Part shown: positions 22,773 to 34,300 of the stretch, piece after piece
Layout: each line of letters starts with the position of its first letter
Numbering within the stretch: position 1 is the first letter of the stretch
Source: Candidatus Eiseniibacteriota bacterium
Lineage (GTDB): Bacteria; Eisenbacteria; RBG-16-71-46; CAZAMP01
Assembly: GCA_965224245.1 (NCBI GenBank)
Contig: CBDCYW010000025.1
Location: forward strand, 1 to 58,706
Length of the DNA: 58,706 bases
Direction: 5' to 3'
Made by a program: the position numbers and the translations under genes
Notes under the pieces: model-generated
Databases searched by the model: none
What the model saw: only the letters and a program-made list of their open reading frames with translations
Told to the model about the DNA's origin: nothing

Positions 22773-23681
22773 GTGCGTTTCGGTGGACATGAGACATTCG
22801 CAATACGAGATGGCTGGCTCCACAAGGGGCTTCAGCTCGTTATCCATGAGCCCCAGAAACTAGCTGACGAGCATGCCGCAGACTGGCTTGGTGTCGGGCG
22901 CAACATGGCGAAATCCATACGACATTGGTTGGTTGCGACGAGGCTGGCCAAGGCGAACATGGAGCCACGGTCCGCCCAGCGTCAGCTCCAGGCAACCGAA
23001 CTGGGAAAGCTTGTTCACGACGCTGATCCCTATTTTACGGATCTGGGCACATGGTGGATCCTTCACCTAAACCTTGCCAACAACCGCGAGAGTGCAGTGT
23101 CCTGGGAATGGTTTTTTAACCACTTCCACCTACGACGCTTCGATCGAGCGGTCGGACTTGAGCACCTGAGGCGCTTCCTTCAGATCCAACCAGGTCGCTT
23201 GCCGAGCGACCGCACTCTCGACCGCGACCTTGGATGCCTACTGGCCAGTTACGCCAGGCCCACGCCACCAACAAAGTCAGACCCTGAAGACTACTCGGAT
23301 TGCCCATTCCATGATCTTGGCCTACTGCGCCACTATCGGACCTCGGGCTACTACGAGGCTCAAACAGGACCTAAGCGGGTCGCCCTCGAGATCATTGGCT
23401 ACTCTTTGGCCATTTCGCACCTCACCGAGGGAGACAATGACGCCACAATCGACCTCACCATTCGTGAAGCTGCGACGGCTGCAGGTGGTCCTGGTCGATG
23501 TTTCATGCTGTCTGCTGAGGAGTTATTCGAGCTTGCACTGCGGCAGGAGGACGTTGGCCTCGGCCTCGAGATCGCCGGGCTAGCTGGAGAGAGAACGCTT
23601 CGCGTCCGAGCCCAGTCGCCCCTCGATTGGGCCATTCAGTACTACAAGCAACCCGAGGAGCGACGCTGCGATGCGGCCTAG
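22773..23681 (+). CDS. sspB: DUF4007 protein (SspB-like nickase)
   Basis: FGGHETF.IR.GWL.KG, LGVG.NM.KSIR.WL, DPY......W.LH. Confidence 0.85.
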   Translation: MRFGGHETFAIRDGWLHKGLQLVIHEPQKLADEHAADWLGVGRNMAKSIRHWLVATRLAKANMEPRSAQRQLQATELGKLVHDADPYFTDLGTWWILHLNLANNRESAVSWEWFFNHFHLRRFDRAVGLEHLRRFLQIQPGRLPSDRTLDRDLGCLLASYARPTPPTKSDPEDYSDCPFHDLGLLRHYRTSGYYEAQTGPKRVALEIIGYSLAISHLTEGDNDATIDLTIREAATAAGGPGRCFMLSAEELFELALRQEDVGLGLEIAGLAGERTLRVRAQSPLDWAIQYYKQPEERRCDAA

Positions 23682-26600
23682 GAAAGCCAAGTCAGGCGCG
23701 GACCAACTCTCCCCGCAAACATATCTGCGCTCCATCAATGTCCAGTACGACGCTGAGCATCCCGAACGAATTGCCCACTTTCAACCAACTCAGAAATCGA
23801 CGCAGGCCATTCGAGCGTTTCTCGGCCTTGACGACGATCGCGCGTTTCTTCTTGTCGCTCCGTATGGTTCCGGGAAGTCGTTGGCTGCTACATACACTCT
23901 TCACTTGGTGGAGCAGCTGACGGCCGCCGAGCAGACCCTACGTATCGTCGAGAAGCGCCTGTCTGGTGTGGATCCGGATCTCGAACGCTTCTCGGCCTCG
24001 CGGCGACGAAAGGAGCGAGCGCGCGGTTTGGTAATCGCCATTCATGGCTACCAGCCGAGCATGGCCCTGGCGGTTCAGAGCGCCGCGGCTAACGCCTTCA
24101 AAAGGCTACGGCTTGGTCGCCAAGCTCGCTCCATACACTCTCATCGAGCTACTAGCGGCGACGACGCGATTGAGATCCTCAAGATTGCAGAAGCTAAGGC
24201 ACTAGCGTCTGGTCTTGACCGTATCGTGATCGTGTGGGACGAGTTTGGCCGACACGTGGAAGGCCTGCTCGCCGACGGCCGTGCCTCTGATCTCGCCGAC
24301 GTTCAGATACTTGCCGAGTATGCGTCTCGCACCTCTCGAGTCGTTACTGTACTCGCTCTGCTACTTCATCAGGGCCTCTTACAGTATGCGGCGAATGTGC
24401 CGCAGTCTGTTCGCAATCAGTGGACGAAGATCGCCGGCCGCTTCAAGACCATACAGTATATCGATGACAGTAAGGAGCTGTACCGCCTCATTGCCAGGGT
24501 CGTCGCCACATCGCGACCTGATCGCCCCAAGGGCCGACGCATAAGCAAATGTGTTTCCCCGACTCTAGACGCCGGCCTCTTTGGAGCATTCAGAAAAACT
24601 GAGCTCAAACAACTCCTGTCAGACGCGTATCCCATTGAGCCAGCGGCCCTGTTCCTTCTACCCCGCGTAGCGGGAAGGGTGGCACAGAACGAGCGTACGA
24701 TCTTCGACTTCGTCGTATCTAGTCCCCTGGACCAAACGCTAAGCGCCGCCGACCTGTATGACTTCTTCTCCAGCGCGATGAGAGCAGACACTGCTGTCGG
24801 CGGCACCTATCGTCATTGGCTTGAAACCGAGAGCGCGCTGTCGAAGGTCAGTTCCGATGTTGAAACCCGTGTACTAAAGACCGCAGCTCTGTTGGGCTTC
24901 GGCGTGGGCGGTGAGCGATCAAGGACAGGTCGCGATCTACTAGAGTTCAGTGCTGCCGGCTACGAGGACGCAGACGCTGTGCGCGCTGCGACGGAAGATC
25001 TCATTACCCGCAAGCTACTTCTGCACCGAAAGCACACCAATGAAGTCTCCGTTTGGCATGGCACCGATCTCGATCTGAGAGCGCGCTTGGAGGACGAGAA
25101 GGTCCGCATCGGAGCCGACTTTGACGCCGTTTCCTTTCTTGAGAAGGAGATGCCGCCACCTTCGTGGCTTCCGCAGGAATACAACAGTGACTTCTGCATT
25201 CGGCGGTACTGTGAGTCCGAGTACGTCACTTTTGAGCGTTTGCGCGCCTACCTGCAAACCGAAGTCACGATAAACCCACTCCCGCCCGACTGCGACGGCA
25301 GAGTCCTCTACGTCCTCCTGGAAGAGAAAGACGATGTCGAAGAAGCACTGCAGATGCTCCATCAGACTCTGGAGAATGAGCGCGTCGTAGTTGCAGTCCC
25401 TACTGAACCCCTGCCCATCCACATCAGCGCCCTGGAGGTCTGCTGCCTCTCTCGAATGCAGCTGGACGCCGAGCTTGTCGGAGCAGATCCGCTTGCACTT
25501 CCGGAGCTTCAACAGATGGCGGACGACGCTAGAGGCCATCTACAATCCGTCCTTGATCGGCTTGTTCGGCCCTCCCCCGGAGGCGCGCACTGGATTCATC
25601 GATCGGGGCCGATCAAGGCATCCTCCGCTCGGGAGCTGCGTCGAGCACTATCCAAGATAATCCGACACATCTACCCCCGTACGCCTCGTATCAATAACGA
25701 GATGATCGTCCGAAAGCGCCCTTCCCCTGTCGTGGTCAATGCTCGAAAGAAGCTTGTCCTAGGCATTCTTGAGCGAACGGGGCAGGAGAACCTCGGCATC
25801 GTAGGGAACTTCCCCGACGCTTCCATGTTTCGGACCGTCCTGCTCAACACCGGGCTCTACCGACGACGGAACGGTGGCTGGGGTTTTGCACGCCCGGCCG
25901 AGTTACCGGATTCCGGACTTCGGCATGCCTGGAAGCTGTGCGAGCGGTTCTTGGCGAGACCTTCCGACAGACCGAAGCCGCTGTCCGACCTCATCGGCCA
26001 ACTGCAATCACCACCTCTAGGCGTTCGTCGGGGCCTGTTCCCCATCCTGCTAGCTGCGGCTTTCCGGGCCTTTCCTGGCGCCTATTCCGTCACTCGAATG
26101 GGAGTCTATCTCCCGGACATGCTCCCATCGGATATTGAACAAATGTGCAATGATCCGGCCGCTTACCGCATCGTTGTCCTGGACCTCGATACGGCTTCGA
26201 CTGCCTATCTTAGGGGCCTGGCTAGGCTATTCGGGAGCGATGAGGGTCGAGACTACGCATCGGCCGATGCGATACGGGACTGCCACGACTTCCTACAGGA
26301 GTGGCGACACGGACTTCCACCGGCTGCCGAGACGACTCATGACTTGAAAGCTCGAACCAAGAAAGTAAGGGCGCATCTCTTCGCAGAGTTGGACCCCGTG
26401 GAGATGCTGTTCCGGCGGATTCCCGATGCGTGTGGTGTGTCGTTGAAGAAGCCTGAGCTACTACTCCGAAGACTAGCTGCGTGCAAACGCGAACTTGAGC
26501 AGATCGGCACTCGGATGGTGGAGAGTGGACTGTCAACCATAAGACAAGAGCTATCAATCCGACGACAGGAGTCGGTCAACGGATGCGACACGCGCAGTGT

Positions 26601-26991
26601 TGCATCGACGTGGGCGCAGGTGTTCCCGGAGAACTTCGTCGACGATCTCGGAGAGGGAGTTGCAAAAGGCTTCATCACTAGGTGCCGGAGCAGCTACGAG
26701 ACCGAGGCCGCCCTCTTGGACTCACTTGGATCCCTTTTGGTCGGCCGTGCAGTCCAGAGTTGGGACGACACTGCCAGTTCGACTTTTGCGCGCGAGGTTC
26801 ACAGAATCGCTCGCGAAACTGAAGAATTGGCGCTCAACGCGGACATTGGATCAAGTGTATCCGCACACGACTCCAAAAGACACCTAGTGGAGCTTGTGGA
26901 GGGTCGAATATCGGATCTATTCGACAACCTCGAGCAGCTAGTCGGAGCGGAGACAGCTAGGAAGTTCTCAAAGTCGCTCGGCCGCAAGTAG
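23671..26991 (+). CDS. sspC: Large P-loop ATPase (SspC-like)
   Basis: APYGSGKS, VWDEFG, QNERTIFDF; lies between DUF4007 and PAPS reductase genes. Confidence 0.82.
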   Translation: MRPRKAKSGADQLSPQTYLRSINVQYDAEHPERIAHFQPTQKSTQAIRAFLGLDDDRAFLLVAPYGSGKSLAATYTLHLVEQLTAAEQTLRIVEKRLSGVDPDLERFSASRRRKERARGLVIAIHGYQPSMALAVQSAAANAFKRLRLGRQARSIHSHRATSGDDAIEILKIAEAKALASGLDRIVIVWDEFGRHVEGLLADGRASDLADVQILAEYASRTSRVVTVLALLLHQGLLQYAANVPQSVRNQWTKIAGRFKTIQYIDDSKELYRLIARVVATSRPDRPKGRRISKCVSPTLDAGLFGAFRKTELKQLLSDAYPIEPAALFLLPRVAGRVAQNERTIFDFVVSSPLDQTLSAADLYDFFSSAMRADTAVGGTYRHWLETESALSKVSSDVETRVLKTAALLGFGVGGERSRTGRDLLEFSAAGYEDADAVRAATEDLITRKLLLHRKHTNEVSVWHGTDLDLRARLEDEKVRIGADFDAVSFLEKEMPPPSWLPQEYNSDFCIRRYCESEYVTFERLRAYLQTEVTINPLPPDCDGRVLYVLLEEKDDVEEALQMLHQTLENERVVVAVPTEPLPIHISALEVCCLSRMQLDAELVGADPLALPELQQMADDARGHLQSVLDRLVRPSPGGAHWIHRSGPIKASSARELRRALSKIIRHIYPRTPRINNEMIVRKRPSPVVVNARKKLVLGILERTGQENLGIVGNFPDASMFRTVLLNTGLYRRRNGGWGFARPAELPDSGLRHAWKLCERFLARPSDRPKPLSDLIGQLQSPPLGVRRGLFPILLAAAFRAFPGAYSVTRMGVYLPDMLPSDIEQMCNDPAAYRIVVLDLDTASTAYLRGLARLFGSDEGRDYASADAIRDCHDFLQEWRHGLPPAAETTHDLKARTKKVRAHLFAELDPVEMLFRRIPDACGVSLKKPELLLRRLAACKRELEQIGTRMVESGLSTIRQELSIRRQESVNGCDTRSVASTWAQVFPENFVDDLGEGVAKGFITRCRSSYETEAALLDSLGSLLVGRAVQSWDDTASSTFAREVHRIARETEELALNADIGSSVSAHDSKRHLVELVEGRISDLFDNLEQLVGAETARKFSKSLGRK

Positions 26992-27008
26992 CGATACAGG
27001 GAGATACC

Positions 27009-27821
27009 ATGGCAACTATCAAGGATGCCTTGCGGAGCGTGGAAGAGGACGAGAGCTACCGGCACATCGTCAGTATCTCGGGCGGCAAGGACTCGGCTGC
27101 TCTCGCGATCTACCTCAAGGAACGTTACCCCACCATCCCAGCCGAGTACGTCTTCTGCGATACAGGTAGCGAGCTCCCCGAGACCTACGACTACCTTCAA
27201 CGGCTCGAGGCCCTACTCGGCCAGCCCATTGCTCGCCTCTCCGCGCTTGACAGGCTGGGAGTCCGCAGAAAGTCCACCAGAACACCGTTTGACATCTGGC
27301 TCAACGAAGTCTATGGCGGCTTCCTGCCCAACCCACGCTCACGCTGGTGCACGCGCGCCCTAAAGATCGAACCCTTTGAGGCATATGTCGGCCAGGATTC
27401 AGCATTCAGCTACATCGGCATTCGGGGAGACGAAAGCCGCGAAGGTTATCGCGCATCAAAACCACCTGTCATTTCGCAGCGGCGCAACATCATCCCCGTC
27501 TATCCGTTCAAGGATGATCGCTTAGGACTCCAAGACATTCAACAGATCCTGCGGCGAGCCGGCATTGGCTTTCCCGACTACTATCGGTGGCGCTCCAGAT
27601 CCGGATGCTACTTCTGTTTCTACCAACAGCTGGGCGAGTGGCAGAGGCTCGCCAAGGAACATCCCGACCTCTATGAGAAAGCCAAGAAGTACGAGAAGAC
27701 CGACGGTAATCGACCGTTCACTTGGATCGAAGGACGCACGCTTTCTGAAATCGTGGCCATGCCGCCGCGCCCGCTACCTGATGCAGACAATACTGAGGGA
27801 TGTGCCGTTTGCCACCTCTAG
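27009..27821 (+). CDS. sspD: PAPS reductase-family protein (SspD-like)
   Basis: SISGGKDS, DTG.ELPETY, RWCTR.LKI.PF, RSRSGCYFCFYQ, C-terminal CAVCHL. Confidence 0.88.
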   Translation: MATIKDALRSVEEDESYRHIVSISGGKDSAALAIYLKERYPTIPAEYVFCDTGSELPETYDYLQRLEALLGQPIARLSALDRLGVRRKSTRTPFDIWLNEVYGGFLPNPRSRWCTRALKIEPFEAYVGQDSAFSYIGIRGDESREGYRASKPPVISQRRNIIPVYPFKDDRLGLQDIQQILRRAGIGFPDYYRWRSRSGCYFCFYQQLGEWQRLAKEHPDLYEKAKKYEKTDGNRPFTWIEGRTLSEIVAMPPRPLPDADNTEGCAVCHL

Positions 27822-27946
27822 CGCTCAGCTTTGTCCTGCTCGGGATGATCTCATCTGGCAGGACCGATCGGATTGACGGAATGCCATCGTTCCGCTGCCC
27901 GGTATGCCCAATGTCGGGATTCTACTGCCTGCGTGGAGTGTGAGAC

Positions 27947-29776
27947 ATGGCCAATAGGTTTCCCGCATCGCGGTGGATAAGCTTCATACGCAGGTACGGT
28001 CCCGTCCCAACGAACGACAACATGTACGACGAGGCGATCCAGAGAACGCTTCGCAAACTTGACATCCCACCGATTGTCCTACCTTCGAACCACCTAGACT
28101 TACTACTCCAGAACTTCCGCGGTCAACAACCGCGCTCGATCATCCTGACGGGCACCGCGGGTGATGGAAAGACGTACCACTGCCGCGAGGTCTACGAGGC
28201 CTTGGGTGGCGACGTCGACCAATGGCACGAAGGGGGCATGATCCAGCGGCTCACCATCGACGAGCGCGAGCTGGTAGTCGCCAAGGACCTGAGTGAGCTA
28301 CCGGAGCCGCTGAGTGGTGAGTTTGTGCTTCAGCTCGCGAAGGACGTCCTTAGTGCGAGTCACGAAAGTGTCTACCTGATAGCCGCAAATCATGGACAGC
28401 TACTCGAGAAGCTAGACGCATCAATCGAGAGCCAACACGTTCGTCAGCTCAAAGAGCTGGTCGAAGACGCGATGGTAACGGGAGCCCAGCCAGAGGAGGC
28501 CCCCCTCTCACTCTACGACATGAGCCGAACCTCAGCTCTCAATTTGGTCTCTGAGGTTATGAACAGGCTCCTTCTTCACCCAGCCTGGGAGGGCTGCAGA
28601 ACTTGCCCCCTGCTTGACGCACTACCTCGCTGCCCGATCCAAGAAAACCGAGGGCGCCTGATCGGCGAGGAGGATGCGCCTGCGCTGCTCAAAGTGCGCC
28701 TCAATGAACTCATCGAGCTAAGCGAACTCAATGACGTGCACTTCCCCGTCCGCCAGCTACTCGCGCTCGTAGCAAACATGATACTTGGTCATCCCGAGGC
28801 CACCGATGGTTTGATGACTTGCCGTACGGCAGCATCGATTCTCGATCGGGAATTGCATGATCGGGCCAGTATTTTTGGGAACGTGTTCGGTGAGAATCTA
28901 AGGCGTCGATGTGAGAGAACTGAGCCCTTCGCTAAGCTCCGAAGATTTGGGATCGGTGACGAGACAAACAACGGAATTGACTCGATCTTGGTCTACGGTC
29001 GGGATGACCACACACTTGAACGCCGCTTCACCGATTTGATGGGCTGCGATCCAATCTACGGAGCGACGCCAACCTATTTGGCACTACAGACTGCCTACCT
29101 TGAGGGAACCGACGACACCACCATCAAGGCCTTCCTCGACCGCCTTCGCCAAGCGCGTCAGCGTCTCTTCTTCGTCATTCCCCAGGACACCGATGCTGAT
29201 CCGCTGCGCTGGGACCTCACCGTGTTTCGTTTTGCAGGAGACTTTCTGGAAACGGCGCACAGGCTCTCGCGCGAGCGTAAGCCTGACCGCGTCGTCGTTG
29301 CACGCCTCGTAAGGGGGCTAAACCGTGTATTCACAGGCGCTCTTGTCGACGATGAACAGCAGGTCGTCTTGGCCAGCGCCGGCAGTCATTCTCAGTCGCG
29401 TACGACCCACATCCTCGACGACCTTGTTTCCGTCCAGCGAAGGAGCGGAGAGGAAGTCCGGCTCAGATGGCAGGATGACAGAGTCGTCTTTTCCATACAG
29501 CTCGGCGCGAACGTGCCACCAATAGAGCTTCCTCTAACCTTGCTCCGATTCGAGTTTCTTTCACGCGTCGCTGAAGGTGCGCTCCCAAGTAGCTTCTCTA
29601 GGGAGTGCTACGAAGACATGTTGGACTACAAGGCACGGTTGTATCGAGCCCTACAGGATCGTCAGGATGCTGAAGCACAACACAGAGACGAGGAAACGGA
29701 ACTGGTTCTAGACTTTCTCGAAGTCAGTTCAGACGGCCGGGTACGACGCGAGTCAGTCGAGGTCAAACTGCCATGA
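27947..29776 (+). CDS. sspF: SspF/DptF-like NTPase
   Basis: IILTGTAGDGKT, KDLSE, AANHGQL, CxxC motif. Confidence 0.75.
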   Translation: MANRFPASRWISFIRRYGPVPTNDNMYDEAIQRTLRKLDIPPIVLPSNHLDLLLQNFRGQQPRSIILTGTAGDGKTYHCREVYEALGGDVDQWHEGGMIQRLTIDERELVVAKDLSELPEPLSGEFVLQLAKDVLSASHESVYLIAANHGQLLEKLDASIESQHVRQLKELVEDAMVTGAQPEEAPLSLYDMSRTSALNLVSEVMNRLLLHPAWEGCRTCPLLDALPRCPIQENRGRLIGEEDAPALLKVRLNELIELSELNDVHFPVRQLLALVANMILGHPEATDGLMTCRTAASILDRELHDRASIFGNVFGENLRRRCERTEPFAKLRRFGIGDETNNGIDSILVYGRDDHTLERRFTDLMGCDPIYGATPTYLALQTAYLEGTDDTTIKAFLDRLRQARQRLFFVIPQDTDADPLRWDLTVFRFAGDFLETAHRLSRERKPDRVVVARLVRGLNRVFTGALVDDEQQVVLASAGSHSQSRTTHILDDLVSVQRRSGEEVRLRWQDDRVVFSIQLGANVPPIELPLTLLRFEFLSRVAEGALPSSFSRECYEDMLDYKARLYRALQDRQDAEAQHRDEETELVLDFLEVSSDGRVRRESVEVKLP

Positions 29777-31326
29777 CTGAAGTCCTTCCAAGACCCAGGG
29801 GTGCACACCAGGGTCCTGAGCTCTGGATAGAAGAGGCGATATGGGGCCATCGCTTCCACGATGAGCAATCGCCTTGGCTAACGTTCATGGAATTCCTCAC
29901 CGTCCTTGCTGCGGAGGCGGCGGCAGGCAGACCCCTCCAGGAGAGCGAGCCAAACGCCCTCGCCTACCGGCCTAACCAGCAGCTTGAGCTGCGAAACGTG
30001 CTCTTCAACAACCCTTTCCTGGAGACCATTAAACGACTCCCGCTTACCGACGCGGACAAGTGGACGATGTGGTTGGAGCGCATGAATCGTAGCGCTGGCG
30101 GTTTGCGCACGGAACCCGACTTCCGCTATGTACGAGGCCGGTTTCAATCATTCGATGAGTTTGCGAAGGTAGTACGATTCTTGCGTAGCACCGCGTTGGA
30201 ATACGATAGCAACAAGCGTTGGAGTTCCAAGTTTGTCTTCCCGTTCGGTCCGAATTGCCTATACGAAGATCTCCTCGTCAAGAAATCAGGCGCTACTAAC
30301 GATCGCCGTTTCTTTGGACGCAGCGGAGAGCTTCTCTACCTAATGCTCTGCAGAAGTCGACAAACTGACTCCTTGCGGCAGCTCTTGCTGAGTCGCTTCG
30401 TTAATGCCGCCGAGCCCTTGGATCTTCTCGCCGTCGCGCTTCAAGGCTCAACCTCACCCACACTCGCGCAAAACCCTCGCACTGGAGCCTACCTGCCTTA
30501 CGCCTCTCGCTTTGAGTACGACAAGCTAGCCGAGGATTGGCTATCGATCCTGAAGCTCAATATGCCGGTCTACGATGCCTTCCCTCACTTGGTGGCCGTA
30601 AGCGGATTGCATCTGGTCACGTACATTCTGACCCGCTGCCGCGAGCAGCTTGGTCAATCAGGCATGCCAACGTTCATGTGCGAGATCGTCGGCCCGAACC
30701 GAACAGCGATTCGTGACCTCTCGGCCGACTCGTTCCAAGCCAACAATGCGTTATCGAGGCAAGCGATGGAACACCGCGTCCGGACCATCCGCATGACTGA
30801 CCCGTGGCGCGCCGCAATCGAGTCACGTGACCCGACAGTCGAAGCTGCGGCCACCCTAAGGAATGCTTTTGGTTGGCCAGACGAAGATATGCCCCTTGAC
30901 GATTGTACACATGAGTCCCTCATTGATGCACTCCTCGACAAGGCATCTCGACGTCATAGCCAGCACCTAGCCAAACTTCATGGTGTGTGGACGCGAGAAA
31001 TTGGACTGATGTCTCGGAGGGCAAGCCGCCGTAACCGTTATGCGCCCAACGACCAGCTACTCAAGTCGCTCGTAATATGCCGCGTCAAGGGACGAATGGA
31101 ATTCGGTGACTTCCTTACGGATCTTAGGAACCAGTACGGCCTAATCGTCGGCGACCAACAAGGGCAACGTTTGATTGACCAGGGTCTTGTTGACCAACTA
31201 GACCTCTCCAACAACGCCCGACGCTTAGAAGAACGACTTGCCAGCCTTGGGCTTCTCAACCGCCTCTCGGACTCCTGCGCCTACGTTGAGAACCCCTTCC
31301 AAGGAGCAGAGCATGACAGGCCATGA
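29773..31326 (+). CDS. sspG: SspG-like restriction component
   Basis: WIEEAIWGHR, RWSSKFVFPFG, FFGRSGELLYLML, L..LGLL.RLSDSCAYV.NPF; position between F and H. Confidence 0.75.
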   Translation: MTEVLPRPRGAHQGPELWIEEAIWGHRFHDEQSPWLTFMEFLTVLAAEAAAGRPLQESEPNALAYRPNQQLELRNVLFNNPFLETIKRLPLTDADKWTMWLERMNRSAGGLRTEPDFRYVRGRFQSFDEFAKVVRFLRSTALEYDSNKRWSSKFVFPFGPNCLYEDLLVKKSGATNDRRFFGRSGELLYLMLCRSRQTDSLRQLLLSRFVNAAEPLDLLAVALQGSTSPTLAQNPRTGAYLPYASRFEYDKLAEDWLSILKLNMPVYDAFPHLVAVSGLHLVTYILTRCREQLGQSGMPTFMCEIVGPNRTAIRDLSADSFQANNALSRQAMEHRVRTIRMTDPWRAAIESRDPTVEAAATLRNAFGWPDEDMPLDDCTHESLIDALLDKASRRHSQHLAKLHGVWTREIGLMSRRASRRNRYAPNDQLLKSLVICRVKGRMEFGDFLTDLRNQYGLIVGDQQGQRLIDQGLVDQLDLSNNARRLEERLASLGLLNRLSDSCAYVENPFQGAEHDRP

Positions 31327-34300
31327 ACTTCTTGGGGCTGTCGGTGCTGCCTACTTGAAGCGTCGGATTGAGCAACTTACCGATGGCGACGGCGAGGACG
31401 CCGGTGTTGCGCGCTTCATGCTCGATCGCCTCAATGGTCAGAAGGTCGCCGCGGTCGTGCGCGCAATACTGGCTGACGACCCTCTGAGCTCCAAAGTGGC
31501 TCTGCACATTCCTCGAAGTCTAGTCGCAGACGAAGGCCTTCCAGACCACGTACTGACCGACAAGAGAACTGTCGAGCACCGTCACGCTCCAAGCAATCGT
31601 CCGACAATGTTGCTGGCCAATACTGACGACGACCAGGCAACGTCCCTTCAGGACGTCACCCTGCTCGGCCGAGAAGAATTGCTTGCCAGCGCTTCCCTGT
31701 GGGTGACGACCGCAAGTAGCGGGCTCGGTCTTCCCGCCTCAGAGCTGGAGACTTGGCAAAAAGCATTCCAAGGGCTTCTGCAGGCACACAGCTGGTCTCT
31801 ACAGGAAGTCTCCGACTATGTCGCCCACACCCGGCAGCGTGTCGCCGACGACTCCTTGCCACTCCTAGCGTCCCTCGGGTCCGCGCTCCCCGCACTGCAC
31901 TTGCCTCGTGACTCCCAGTACTTCCAAAGTATCCCTGAAACGCGACGCAGACGCGTAGCCTCCTGGAAGCGACTGTATGCGAAGCTCCTTGAACGCTCAC
32001 TGCTACTGCGCAAGATGCGCTCAGCTCGCCAGCTTATCGAACCGGGCGACCTACGTGAAGCATACGATAGGGTCCGCGATGATATTACTGCTGACCCGGA
32101 CACCATCGAGGCATTTATCAATGCGCCGGCCACTTGGTGCCCCCAAGCAGAGGCACTTGCCGAGTTTGAGTGGGAGACACACGGCGTACAGCAGCTTTTC
32201 AGTGGACTCAAAAAGAGGCGGACGTCTCTGGGAGAGGAAACGCTAACGTTCTTCGAGCTGCATGATCCTGACGCCCTCCAGGATAGTGAGCGTGAGTACC
32301 TACAACACCTATCACAACGTCGATACCTAAGAGACCCTAACGACGATGACGTGGCATTCCTCGAAGCCCATCGAGAAGAGCTTGCTTCCGACCGGTCCCT
32401 ACGAGCGAAGTGGGAGAAGTTCATCTACGGCAAACCGGTAGAATGTACTGATTTTCTGGACGGCCTAGTCACGGCGGTTGAGCGACTCTGGACCCAGGCC
32501 GGAAATCCTACTGGTCCAAAACGTCTTGTCATCAAAACAAGTTTGGGGCGGGCCAGGCAGCGATGGCTTGATCTAAACACCAACATCGCCGCTTACTTCG
32601 CAACTCGTTACCGTGGCCTACCAGAGCTTCTAGGCGCAAGCGTTGAGTGGGACACGGGATACCTATTCAAGTACAAAGAGCTACTCGCGTGGGCGCGCAC
32701 CAAGAAGATCCGTCCCAACACATCTAGTGCCAGAGCCGCTACACAGATCCGGTTTGACGTAGGGCTGCATGTTGGCGCTGAAGACGTCGGAGATCGCCAT
32801 GCTGTCCAGGTCGTTTGGAAGGCAAGTACCGCAGCAATCGGGATGGAACTCGCTGATGATCTTAAGCGGGTCAGGCAACTCCCTCTTGCTCGCCTACAGG
32901 TGACGCGCCAGCCCATCAGCCGTAAGGGGCACTTGCAAGGAGTCTCGCTCGACGATGTCACAACGCTAGAGCCGGCCTTTGGAAAGGATGCCGGCTCACT
33001 CGTGTCCAAGCTTGCCGCACTTGATGACCTCGGCGCCGAACTCGAAACCGCACTCTCTGACGCGACACAGGCCGGTCGAATCAGCGACAGCGGATCGACT
33101 GCTGTCTTCACGTCGCTGCGGCACTTCACCGACGAGTACAAGCATGCCCTAGACGACTTAGAGAGCGACGGGCTCTCAGCACGCCGACTCCTCGACCAAG
33201 CCCAAGCCTTCGGTGAACTCCTAGAGGCACTGGCGATCCATTGCACGGGCGACATTAACCGTCAGAGAATCTGGCAGCCGCTTCTCGAAATCGGCTGCGC
33301 GAGAGTCGAGGGTGGCGATCCAGCTGCTATCGTCGCTCCGTGGCACCCGCTGCGCCTCGCAGCCGCCTCTGTCAAGGCGCGATGGATATGTGGACTTGTA
33401 CGTCATTTGCTCTCTAGTGATGAAGTCACATTCGGCGACGAACGGCTCTTCTTCTCGGACGTCCGCGCCGTCCTGACCCATTCCTATTACCCCGAACTTG
33501 TGGTCGGATATCGGGGCACCGAACCGATCCTCCTTACGGAAAGCGATACAATCAATGACTACACACTCATGGAGCCGCCCACGCAAGGGAACACGGGGCA
33601 GCTAGTCGGGATCGAGCCGAGCGATTCGGCTCGACAGATTCGCGATGTACTCACTCAATACCTTGATCTGCAGCCTCACGAGCATGCAGACCTCAGCCTG
33701 CTGCTATACAACTGCGACAGCGCCGGCGTTCCACTTAAGACAGTTAGTGTCCTCGGCAGCGTTCAAGATGGCCGAAACGTCTACTGCAACGTCGTGCTCC
33801 GTCATCGAAACCGCAGGCAACTTGCAGCAGTCTATGAGGAACTCATCGATCAAACTGGAGATGCGGACTCGATCTCACCAAGCGAAACGGCGTCCGACTT
33901 CATGTCTAAGCTACGCATTGGGATACTCCTGGAGGAATCGCGACCTGCACGTGCAATCGAAGGTGATCGACCTTTTGACATCGCATTCCTTCATGACGTC
34001 ATCTCACGACAGGCCAAAGTCCATTGGATACCGGTCGAACAGCGCGTCGACGCCGACATGCTTTCTCACGTGCCGCCTTACTGGTCATACACGCGCCTGA
34101 CCTCTGAGGACGAACTAAAGGCAACTAGCTACTTGGCGTGCCCAAGACAACCACGGTGCGGCTGGAGCTATGCCAACGCAGCCGCCGCAGTAATCCTGGG
34201 CGAGACAATTCCGCAAGGAGAGTATCGACTACCCGCTCGACGGATCAGCTTCCAAGACGACAGTCTCCAAAGCGTCCTGGACGAGGTTCACAAACTAGCA

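Noticed and set aside
21540-27821. Fe-S assembly or sulfate assimilation genes
   Set aside because: DUF4007/ATPase/FGH context indicates DNA phosphorothioation.
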